In this document: in pieces, positions 22,492-35,229 of the stretch
Layout: each line of letters begins with the position of its first letter
Numbering within the stretch: the first letter of the stretch is position 1
Assembly (NCBI RefSeq): GCF_000143415.4
Contig: NW_003314323.1
Coordinates: 686,499-750,498 of the forward strand
DNA length: 64,000 nucleotides
From: Selaginella moellendorffii
Taxonomy: Eukaryota > Plantae > Lycopodiophyta
Direction of reading: 5' to 3'
Program-made: the position numbers and the translations under genes
The notes under the pieces: generated by a model
What the model saw: the letters and a program-made list of their open reading frames with translations, nothing else
The model's database searches: none
Told to the model about the DNA's origin: nothing

Positions 22492-22779
22492 GACTTAGAG
22501 AGCTCTGTCGAATTTAAAAGCCTTGGTTGAACGCACCTCTCAAGGAAATTCCATTGCCTGCCGAAGCTACCATGTAGTCCCTTCCATCGCTCCAGAATGC
22601 TATTGCTTATACGAACATTGGGATTTTCTTTGAATACCTCGAAGAAAAACCATTCTGGACGAGACTTGCTGATGGGAATCTTCTGATGGCAGTGGCAAAG
22701 AGAAGCTCCAGGAATCGCGAACAATCCAAACCCCAAAGAACCCTAGAATAATGCCTACATTTTTTCAAATCACTTGGCC

Positions 22780-22948
22780 AGGCGCTGTGACGATGGACGC
22801 ACAACACGAATCAATCCATCGCAGAGCTCCACAGCTTGGACAGCTTTCTCTAAAGGTAAGCGGATTCAACTCTCGATTCGTACTCACAAACACAATGCGC
22901 GCAGCGAATTTCGTTTACTTTCTTAGAAAGCTGGTTTTCACCATGTCC
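22780..22948 (+). repeat. Diverged duplicate of the OEP16 5'UTR/first-intron region (24356-24635)
   Basis: Shared ggcgctg.gacgatgg..acacgaatcaatcc..gagctccacagc..agctttctctaaaggta..cacaatgcgcgcag.gaatttcgttt..agctggttttcaccatgtc. Confidence 0.85.
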
Positions 22949-24630
22949 AAAAGGACACAGGCTTACAAACTGGAAGATTTCGAAAGCTACGAATGTTACA
23001 ATCCTGGCTGCGAGAACGAGTAGTCAGTATTTACAATGTGCTTCAACCATATTCGCTTTGTTAGACCGATCTCTGACATTCAATAAGCCCGCGAGTTCAC
23101 TCCGTGGTGGATTAAAGATGGAGAAACCTCTCCCGCGGCATTGCGATTCTAAATTGTTTGCCGGGGGCCGGCCTCAATCGGCCAAGGAAGAAAAAATGAG
23201 TTTGTGTTCGAGATTTTCTTGCTCGCTCGCTCACTCGCTGCCTACGAATGAAGCAGGAAGGAGAACAACTGGTGGCTCGGGGAGAAATGCACGATACAGC
23301 ACCCCCTCTCTCCCCCTTTTTCCGAGCAGAAAAATGATAAGTTCACTCAAAAAACTGAAAATTGCGCCACCATCTTAGCACAAATGTTTGGAGACCTACA
23401 AATTTTCATCCAGCGAATCAAGTCTCCGAAGCCACATCTTCCACAAAAATGGCGGAGGTGCTCGAGCACAAAGCATTCCACTGGATCTTCGGACTTCAAG
23501 AATTTTAGTGTTTTTAGTGTAAATCAATGCCGTCGTCATAAAAAAATCCATAAGTCTTTAGGAAAAAAAAAAACTAAAGAAACAAGGAAAGAACACGTAC
23601 CTAAATAAATAGAAAGGGTCTGTCGTTAAAAAGAATGTTGGCAAAACTAAGAAAACATACCGGTGGTAACTCTGGAGGAGAAGTGACACCATCAGGCCTG
23701 TGTTGCTCCACGTACTTGCCAAAGTGAAGCAGAGACGCTTTGCTCGTTCTCGGTAGCCATGCCGCATGGGCGTTCTTCTCCTCGATCAGCTTGGACAACA
23801 TAGCCTTTGCGTTTAGGAGGCGTGTTGTTGCATCATTCCAAGCACAACCACAAACATTACAGAACGTCACCCATTCTCGTAACGCTAGCCCTAGTTCCGC
23901 ACAAGCATGCCGCGAACATCTGGAAGTTGGCCCAAGCTGACAATCCGAGGCCCACGACCCTTGCGGTATTGTCGCAGAGAAGGATCTGGTGCGAGCATCT
24001 AGATCGCTCTCATGCGAGTCGCGGTAGATTTCAGCGACCATCCTGATGCAGTCATAGACAAGGAACAGTTACGCTTCATCTTCATTTCGGAGTGCAGCGC
24101 ATCAACCCAAGCTCTCGAAGTGGTACTGCAGCACATCACACCAGGTACCTGCCGACGAGTACCCCACACGCCACCTTTTTCTTCGCATCCAAGAAGAGTT
24201 CCTTGCCCGTATTGAAGCTCCGCCACAGACAGCATAACCCAGTTGACCTAAAATTTGAAGGATAATGCAGCTTTAACTCATACTGACGTGGCAGTTTAGC
24301 TAGCCGAAGAGCAACGTCCTTTCAAATCACTAGGGCTTTTGGCGATCGCGGTGGAGGCGCTGCGACGATGGGCGGACACGAATCAATCCGCGAGCTCCAT
24401 CTCTTTTCGCGCTGAGCTCCACAGCCTGCAGAGCTTTCTCTAAAGGTACGCCGATCAAACTTTCGGTTCGCCATCGATTCGATTCCATCGCTCACAAGCA
24501 CAATGCGCGCAGGGGAATTTCGTTTTCTCTCGTCGTCAAGAGCTCGAGAGAAGATCGTCTTTGCTAGTTCTCGGGGGCTTCTTTTTTCTTTTTCCGTTCG
24601 TTTATCCTGCCAAGTTAGCTGGTTTTCACC

Positions 24631-25613
24631 ATGTCGAAGCCAAGGGGAAAAGCCATGTTTGATACAGGGAATCCTATGCTCAACAGTGTAGTGGATGGAT
24701 TCATCAAAGTTGGCGGAGTAAGTATCGAAAAGCTTTCCTTTCTTTTTTTTCCGCCCGCTGTTCTAGTTTGAGACGAAGTGTTTGACAGAGAATTTTGGCA
24801 GGTTGGGGCAATTCAAGCAGCATCCAAGGAGTCATATCGGATTTTAGTCCATGGTATACATTGATTTTCTCTAGGAGAATGAAGCTTACTCTCCTTTATT
24901 CTTTCTTTTCTGGCCACTTTAAACTGACGATGTTCTTGACTTTGCAGACGATACGAACAGCAGAAGATCTGTTGAGAGAGCGGTATGTCAATTTGTCCAT
25001 CATTTACTCAACCCGGAGGAAGAGGAGGAAACCACAGCTGTTACTTCCTCAACCTTTGTTTCGTTCGTTTAAGTTCTCTAAGACTCGTTTTTAGTTCCTT
25101 TTTTTTGTGCTTCAATGCTTTGTTCTTTGTATATTTTTCTTCGTTCTTGTGGCTTCAGTGATGCGGGATAGAAGTCGAGATGTCTTTCTCTCAAAGCATT
25201 GACAAAGCTTTTCCGGTTTTTGCAGGTCCAACGTATGGGCCGAGACTCGGTGAACTGGGGTACGTTTTCTAAGATTTTTCTCTTCGTTTAACTCCGTGAC
25301 CACTTTGATCCGACCAGGTCTAGCTGCTGGCATGTACACTGGGGTTTCTTACGGGATCCAAGAAGCCAGAGGCGTCAATGACTGGGTAACTCTCAAGAAA
25401 TCCTCGAAAACTTAAAAGCAGAGGTATAAAACGAGCTCTCGATGATTGTTTTGACGCTTTGTTTTCCAGAAAAACGCCGTTTTAGCAGGAGCTGTGACCG
25501 GAGCGGCCATAACTCTAGCCAATCCCAGACCTCGACAAGACCACGTCGTTCACAATATGATCACGGGAGGAGCCATCGCCACCGCAGCCGAGATTCTACG
25601 AAACTTATGCTGA
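24631..25613 (+). CDS. OEP16: Plastid outer envelope pore protein 16 (OEP16-2-like, Tim17/22/23 family), 6 exons
   Basis: Spliced FDTGNPMLNSVVDGFIKVGG|VGAIQAASKESY...VQRMGRDSVNWG|LAAGMYTGVSYGIQEARGVNDW|KNAVLAGAVTGAA...ITGGAIATAAEILRNLC*. Not captured by the ORF track. Confidence 0.9.
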
Positions 25614-25868
25614 CACGGAGGAGGCGAGAGAAAAGGAGTGACAAAGTTTGACAATCCACGGGCATCACGATCGATCCACCACTCTGTTTCCAACTTGCCA
25701 TCGTTCTTCCCGGCACTCTTAACATCATCTCGGAAGAACTTACGTGTTTTTCTAGCATCTAGCATGAGTTTTTTCTTTTCTAAAGGTGTTCTTCCAGGGA
25801 AACAAACTCTGAGAGGTTTTATTTCATAGCTTTCTAGAGCACAGGCTATGGAGCAAAGCCAAGCTTTC

Positions 25869-26534
25869 CTAGAGAGTTGGCTGCTCCACGAGACGGATGT
25901 AGGCCTTACCAGATGGAACTTTGACGGTGTCGAATCCTTTTGGAAACATCTCCTTGGCCTTCTCGTCCGAGATAGTGGGAAGAATCATACACTTCCTCCC
26001 ATTCTCCCAGTTCGCGGGCGTGGCCACGCTAAACTTATCCGTGAGCTGCAGGGAATCGATCACGCGCACGAGCTCGCTAAAGTTCCTGCCCGTACTGGCC
26101 GGGTAGAGGATAGACAGCCGTACCCTCTTATCCGGGCCAATCACGAAGCACGCGCGACAAGTCAGCGGCATCCCCGCGGCATCCTTCTCCACGGGGTCGA
26201 GCATCCCGAATCGGACGGCCAGATCGCGGCTTGGGTCGGCGACGATAGGGTATTTCACCTTGGTCTCCGGGCAGTAGCTCTCGATGTCGCCCAGCCACTC
26301 GCGGTGGGAATTCACGTCATTGCAGCTGAGAGCAATCACCTTGACGCCGCGGCGATCGAATTCGTGGATGCGCGACGCCAGGGATCCCAGCTCCGACGTG
26401 CACACGGGCGTGAAATCGCTGGGGTGGGAGAGGAGAATCGCCCAGCTGCCGTCGATATACTCGTGGAATTTGATGGTTCCCATTGTGGATTCCGCCTTGA
26501 AATCCGGCACAATGTCGCCCAAATTCAGACCCAT
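25869..26534 (-). CDS. PER1: 1-Cys peroxiredoxin (rehydrin/Prx6), intronless
   Basis: MGLNLGDIVPDF...SHPSDFTPVCTSELG, ILYPASTGRNFSE, VATPANWENG, VPSGKAYIR. Confidence 0.96.
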   Translation of the reverse strand: MGLNLGDIVPDFKAESTMGTIKFHEYIDGSWAILLSHPSDFTPVCTSELGSLASRIHEFDRRGVKVIALSCNDVNSHREWLGDIESYCPETKVKYPIVADPSRDLAVRFGMLDPVEKDAAGMPLTCRACFVIGPDKRVRLSILYPASTGRNFSELVRVIDSLQLTDKFSVATPANWENGRKCMILPTISDEKAKEMFPKGFDTVKVPSGKAYIRLVEQPTL

Positions 26535-26594
26535 TTTCCCCTCCTCTCTCCTCTTTCTTCGAAGAACCCTAAATCTTTGCAGTGCCTTTGAGTG

Positions 26595-26632
26595 GCTTTT
26601 ATATCCTAGCCACTCAAGTGGGACACGTGGGC
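26595..26632 (-). promoter_or_regulatory. TATA box and ABRE/G-box upstream of PER1
   Basis: TATAAAA on the minus strand at ~26597-26603; GACACGTGG at ~26622-26630. Confidence 0.6.
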
Positions 26633-26723
26633 GGTATGCACCGGGTAGGTGCCAATAACGGCTTTCCTGTGAAAGCGGGAATATGTACGAAAGTTCCGAC
26701 GAATATTCCATACCTTTAAGACT

Positions 26724-27996
26724 TTACAAAAAGTTGTTTGTGAAGAGGTCACTGGCATTTACGCGGATTTGTTCTTCGCTGCTTCCATCTGATGTTAACA
26801 GATCACGGAGAGAGACGCTTACGCCCGGATTTGGATTTCGCGACTGGATTCTTGTGGTGAGCATTTTGTTGGCGGAGAGCCAGTCCAAGAATTTGGACCA
26901 CTTGCCGCTCGCCATGGTCCCCCATTCGCCCGATGGATTGGCGAGAAAAGTCTTTGATAGAAACTCGAGGGACTCCATCACCATGTCCAAATCATCGAGG
27001 TGCTCGGGAGCTTGTGCCTGTCGCAGCGCGTTAAGAACCGTTTTTTGCTTACAACTTCAAGCTTACCAGAAGAGTTTTTGCCGAGGACTCGATGTTTGCT
27101 GTGCTGTAAGCGAATCCTTTTGCCGAAGCTCGTAAGAATCCCCTCACAACGTCTGGTTTCTCCCTGTTGGAAACATTAGGAAGAAAACGCAACGAGACGA
27201 AAGAGCTTACTCGAGAGTGTCCGGGTGAGCTATGACGACTGGAGAATAGCAGTAAGGAATCCTGATACATTGGATGGTGCTAATCAGTTGCAGGGTACTT
27301 CACAAAAGCCACAAACATACCCGTATTCCTCGAGGATAAACTCGTTTAGTTCGATGCCTTTGCGCTTCGCCAGCACACCCTCCCAAGCTCGAAAAATCCA
27401 AGTTGCGTCTGCCTTGTTTTGTAATAGAGTGTTCCAGATTCCCAACTTGTCGGGAGTAGCCTCCTCAAAATTCCCGGCACCACCATCGGCTTGGATAAGT
27501 TTCTGGACAATTCTGCCTTCAAATCTTGCTGCGTAGGACGCATAAACCTTTCCATCCAAATCTCTAGGCCGACACAATCCACTCTGTTTAAGAGTAGCTG
27601 CACAAACAGGGAAAGATTACAAACAAGATTTCGAAAAATCCAAGTACCAATTGCGCTGAGATCATCTTGAAGAACTGCCGCTACAGCGACGAGTTTGGAC
27701 CTCGCTGGAGGTAAATGATAGCTTATTACAGTCTCGCTAGGTGCAAGCCCGAATGCTGCATAAACACTTCTTAGTTTCTGAAAGCACGAACCAGACCACT
27801 TACTTGCTTTTCGTGCAGAAACCTGAGAAGCTGGGGTCAGTTCGTAGTTGGAAACATGGGGACTTAGAAACTCCACGCAGATGCCTTCCTCCTTGTAGTA
27901 GCCCAACGCCTGTGCCACATAAAAGCCCACATGATTTGTGTTGGCCGTCCAGTCCAGCGCCAAAGAAACGCTTTGCAAGGTTCCTTCGGTGGCCAT
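26724..27996 (-). CDS. NMT1/THI5-like (ThiY/SsuA-type periplasmic-binding fold) protein, multi-exon
   Basis: VSLALDWTANTNHVGFYVAQALGYYKEEGICVEF, KLVAVAAVLQDDLSAI, RPRDLDGKVYASY, ADATWIFRAWEGV, EEYGIPYCYSPVVIAHPD, PDVVRGFLRASAKGFAY, WGTMASGKWSKFLDWL. GT-AG introns. Confidence 0.88.
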
Positions 27997-28071
27997 GGCT
28001 GGGAATTGCAAGAAGTAAAACTTCTTTTCAAGTAATAAGCTGATAAGTTAACAACGTTTCATTCATACCTG

Positions 28072-29772
28072 TCAATGGACGCTGTTGACAGCAAGAGTAT
28101 GAGAACAATATGGACAAGTTCCATGAAGTACATTGAAGGACCTGACACCGCGCCGTTCGTCAAGAAACCGTAAGAGAACGCAATGCTTACTGTATAGTTG
28201 TGGGCAACAACCAATCAGCTAGACATATTGTGTGGAACGCTTGGCCACAGCTTGGATTGTTACAAACATGATCCGGTATGCCGTCCTCTGTGTAACATAA
28301 CAATGCAGTAAAACAGCAGTTACCAACACGAGATTTTACCGTCTGGTAGTTTGTATGCGTAACATATTCCACATTCCGTTGACAGTCCTCCCAGTTGATG
28401 GGTTTCAGGAGGAGGAGGAATGGGAACTTGAAGAACGGTTTCTAGATTGTCAAGCAAGTTCTTGTCTTCTGTCCTGCAGGAAAAATATCATTTTTGTTAG
28501 AAGGATCGTAAGAAAGAAAATGTTTCAGAACCATATCATGCTACTCCCAATCAATCTTTGCCTCAGGGGCGAGACGACAGTTCCAGGGCCGAAAAAGCTG
28601 CACCTAGCAAAAGCAATTCTAAGCGTCATGTAAAAACTATCCTACCTTACTCTGGTAAAGAACGCGGAGTTGCTGGATTGATCTTGATTGATACTGAGCA
28701 GTGACCGCCTGTGAAAAAGAGAGTGTGAAATTTGAACACGTAAAAAAAAGACAAACCCAAATAAATTCGTCTGGAGATGTCAGCTCGAGAGAGCTGAACA
28801 GGTTCATGTACCCAAGCTCTTTTGTCAATGTCGTCCATCACGTTCCAAAAATCTTGATAGCTATCCACGGCCTGCATTTACATTGTTTAAAGATTAAAAG
28901 TTCCAAAAGGAAAAAAGAAGAAAGAAGTTACCAACTGGAACTGTGATAGAGCATCTCTCAAACTAGCACGGGAGGTCCATTCCACAGACCACGAAGATGG
29001 AAGGTCCTACAAAACGTTCCGGTAAAAACTAGTTGGCAGGATGGGTGCTTACAGCAGTAATACTGGGCTGCGACAATGGAAAATCTGGAGAGAAACTTAA
29101 ACGTAGAGTGTGCACTCGATCTGCGCTGTCGCTGAAAGAGAGTACTTGATTAAGAAACGTAGAAGACAATTATCTTACATCACGCGAAGCCAGAGCTTAG
29201 AGAAGTCGTCACTAATGTAAGCAATGTTCTCCCATCCCATCTCATCGATCTGAACAAAATGAATCTAAAGTGTTTGGAAAGATAGAAGAAGAAGATGCTT
29301 ACTTGAGTGTAGAGCTGCGAGGGCGATAACACTGGCTTGGATTGAGCATGCAAAATACATTCCTACAACCACAGTAAGTAAAGCCTTCGCTCGAGAAATC
29401 GAAGTAGAAAGCTTTACCATAACGTTTTTAACTTCCACACAAAACGCATCGATGTTCTTACTCTTCTGGAGCCTCTGCAAAAAAACTTTAGCATTGAAGA
29501 AAAAAGAGAGAAAATTCTTGCCACTCACATCCCAAAGAACTTCCTCAAAGCCTCGAAACATTGCGCGCATCGGGGCGCCACACTCGATCTTTGCGTTGGA
29601 TAAGGGATTAGAGATAGGATCTACATCGTGGAGGGAAAACGAGAATTCTTGGTTCTGTGAAGGAAGAAATCGCCACTAGAAAGAAGAATCCGATTGATAG
29701 GGATACCTGGATTGAGAAGAAGACTTGAAATGCCGTGGCGCTGGTGCCAAGCGGCAGCACAGTGGGCGCCAT
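28072..29772 (-). CDS. FANCL: E3 ubiquitin ligase FANCL, multi-exon
   Basis: N-terminal ELF-like FQVFFSIQ|NQEFSFSL..NAKIEC; DRWD region YQDFWNVMDDIDKRAWVHEP..DISRRIYLG..SIKINPATPRSLPE; RING VECGICYAYKL..IPDHVCNNPSCGQAFHTICLADWL..SFNVLHGTCPYCSHTL. Confidence 0.92.
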
Positions 29773-29836
29773 TCTCCTCAAGAGCCCTAAGAATATGAAA
29801 TTTTGGCGCCAATTTTCTAGGGCTCTAGTGGGATCG

Positions 29837-32182
<2,346 letters not shown>

Positions 32183-32347
32183 AAGAAAAGGTATTTACTT
32201 GATGTCAATAAATCAAGTAAGAAACCACAAGGGTAAAAAAGTGCGCTTTGTTTCAAAACATCTCCCGCGTCTTTTTGCCCTAAGATTATTCTCTTCGTTT
32301 CGTGGGCGATGAGCTAGGGCGCGATGAGCAGCGTCGTCTAGGGCCCG

Positions 32348-34156
32348 ATGAGCAGCATCGTCTGTCCGGTGTGTTATGAGGATGCCAAGCCTGGAAGCGA
32401 GGATCTCCAAGCTATTGCTGGATGCGGACATGTGTTTCACGAGCTTTGGTATGTGATTCATTTCGCGCGATCAATCTATTCATTCCTTTCTTCTGATCCT
32501 CATTCTCTTCTCGTCAAGTCTCCAGCAATGGCTCGAGTATTGCCACAGGAAACCGTGCTGCCCGGTGTGTAAAGAATCTTGCCCAGCGAAACAGATCCAT
32601 CGGCTATACTTTTTATCATCCGACCAACAAACCCAATCAGTTTCTCACTCGCAAAACAGCAGCGCAACCATTGACGCAGTAAGATCTCCACATTTTATTC
32701 TCCATGGTTTTGCTCGAATTCTTTACTTTCTTCTTTTCCTTGTAGGTGCTTGGGAAGCTGGAGTCTCAGCTCTCGGTAGCTAATGCAGCACTACAAGCGA
32801 TCAAGCAAGAAAACAAGCATCTCGATGACGAGGTGGATTTTCCTTTTATCAAAAAGTGTTTTTTTACTGATAAATCTGTGTCACAGCTCGCCAATCTTAA
32901 GATCAAGCTTGAGAAATCAGAGTGTGTTCGACGGAAAGCTATGAGTGACCTTGACATCTGCAGAGAATCCTCGTCAAGGCTCCAGGAGGTATATTCAAAC
33001 TTTTTTAGACGTTCAGCATGAGCCTGTGTGTTCTTCCTGTAGGAAGTGAATAGGAGTTTAGAGGACCGCACGAAGCTGATTGAGAAGAACACATCGTTAG
33101 CAAAAGAGCTTGCTTCCATGAAGATGTAAGTAGTGCCTTGTATTTGCAGTGTTTTAAACCGTCATTGTCACAGGGTAGCAGACATTTCCTTGGACGAGGA
33201 TGAAATCTTGCGGCTTGCAAATGTAGGCCAAGCAAAGAACAAGGATAATATTATTGACACGCTCACAAGATCCCTTGTCATTCGTAACAAGTATGTTTCT
33301 ATGTTCTTCTTGACGCGACCAATCCTTCCAAGCCGTCTGTATTCAGGAGTTACAGAGACTTGGTGAACAAGTGCAGCTCTTTGGGAATGAACGAGACAGT
33401 TGCTATTCAAAAAGCTAACAAAGCATCTGAGCAACTCAGAATTCTAAAGGTATGCACAGCTTTGATCCATGTTTTTTCTCTACTTATCGAATCCAGGCTC
33501 GCGTCCAAGAGCTAGAAAAAGCTCTAGAGGTTAAAGAAAACAAGGAGCTTCGAGACCTGAAGAGGAAGATCGAACAAAGTAATACGAACTTTGTAGCTGA
33601 AAAAAAGATGGCTTCCACAACTGCGGAACATGAGGACAAAGTCAGGCATGAAACCGCTACTGAGGATGGCTGCTTTGTGCCTAAGCCTACAAATCTCTGC
33701 TCTGATAAAGCTCTACAAATCTCCATAAGGCGCGACGCTCCAATATGTAGCCCGATTCTTCCAGGTAAATCACTGAAACGTCTCACTTCCTCACCAGCAG
33801 CACCATGAGTCGCAGGCGACTTGGCGAAAAACCAAGAGCAAGTCTGTGCGCAAGACTCGTCGACCAGAAAGAGAGTGTACGCCGCAACGAGCGGGACGAG
33901 CTCTCCTCGAGGATTTACACCGTCCAGCAGTGACAAGGGAAGCTTCATACTCCGCGGTGCAGATGGCCGTGGTGGAAGAGTGACGATCTTGAAGCCTCCG
34001 GTAAGTCCGATCACTTTAGTCTCAGTGTCTAAGTCCATATATGTTTCCAAATTCCAGGGAATCAAAGCAAGCGCGCATAAACAATCCAAGCGTGCCAAGA
34101 ATCACCGCAGCAACGAAGGATTGCACATAGAACACTTCTTCGGGCGAGCAGAATAG
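32348..34156 (+). CDS. TRAIP: TRAIP-like RING E3 ubiquitin ligase (RING + coiled coil), multi-exon
   Basis: CPVCYED..DLQAIAGCGHVFHELCLQQWLEYC..CPVCK..IHRLYF; long coiled coil; IDTLTRSLVIRNK; GADGRGGRVTILK; C-terminal PIP-like LHIEHFF. Confidence 0.8.
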
Positions 34157-34232
34157 AGTATGGTTGCATTACATAGTATATATTTTGCGGTATATTGCAT
34201 TTTGCAGCAATGTATAATACCATAGTTCTCCG

Positions 34233-34929
34233 TCACGGAGCTTCCAGGAGCATCTTGCCAGTGTCAAACTCCAGAAGCGGCTGCTGCTCCAGCCAAGACT
34301 CATCGAACTCGATGTTGTTATCCGGGATCGCGAAGAGCTCCTCCAGAAACGCATCGTCCAGTGTAAACGTTTGCTCGTCACCTTCCAAGCTTCTGGATTG
34401 CGGCTGCTTGGCATCGATATCACTTCCCACAAACTCTCCTTGCACAGCTTGAATTGCATCCTCGAAATCACCATCTGCGGAGCTCAACGAAGGCGAGGAT
34501 ACCAGAGGTGGTGGCGAATCCTTGTTCAAGGTTAACTCCTCTGGCTCTTGAGACTTGGGACGATCCTCCGCCAACTTATGGGTAGTGTCACCTTGTAACG
34601 ATTGGATGAAGGGCTTCATCTGGGGTGGCAGAGTTTCGAAATTGAGGCCGGCGATAGTGTCGAGGGCGTATTTCTTGCCCGTGTCCGGAGAGATAGCCGA
34701 TACGTTGAGTATTGTACGTGTGAGCACATGTAGTTCCCATATTTTCTTTGTGATGCCGAAAATTCTCTTGCGGAAACAACTTTTTCTTGTTTCCGGGTCC
34801 TGGATGTATTTGAGTGGGATTTTCTTCTTTCCGGCTGTTTTTTTCTACAACATAAATCAAAGAAGGAAAATTGAAGAACTATACATGGAACAATCATACA
34901 AATACAAATACCTTGATTGATGGCGACAT
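34233..34929 (-). CDS. Divergent type I (SRF-like) MADS-box transcription factor, 2 exons (34929-34912, 34844-34233), about 209 aa
   Basis: Spliced MSPSIK|KKTAGKKKIPLKYIQDPETRKSCFRKRIFGITKKIWELHVLTRTILNVSAISPDTGKKYAL aligns with the MADS consensus GRxKIxIxxIxNxxxRxxTFxKRxxGLxKKAxELSxLT. It is in frame with the 164-aa ORF; acidic C-terminus; no K-box. Confidence 0.8.
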
Positions 34930-35229
34930 CCTATTGGGGGGACAATCCCTTAAATTGTCTCCCCATGGGGGGGACAACAACTTAAATATTATATCTTACC
35001 CTTAAATCAGAAATAATATTTTATTAAGTGTACGATCTGCTAATTCCAGCGACAGCGTCCAATTTGATGATACAAGTGTATCCCTAAATTAATCACGAAA
35101 GCATCTTCACATGATATCTCTAAGAAATGTACTCGTGTGGAATTCCACCCTCAAAGCGTATCCGGAGCGCAGTCTCTTAGAAGAAAGCTCACAACTATTT
35201 GGGAAAGCTCCGGGTATCTATCTCCATAT

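Noticed and set aside
23600-24240. 146-aa and 78-aa minus-strand ORFs
   Set aside because: In-frame stops interrupt the apparent reading frame and there is no identifiable domain; an unassignable relic.
25848-26658. Long plus-strand ORFs (247 aa, 124 aa) overlapping PER1
   Set aside because: Antisense shadows of a GC3-rich coding sequence.
29660-29706. Possible U12-type first intron of FANCL (GTATCCCT donor, TTCCTTCAC)
   Set aside because: The donor deviates from GTATCCTT, and the branch-like motif directly abuts the AG instead of lying 10-20 nt upstream.
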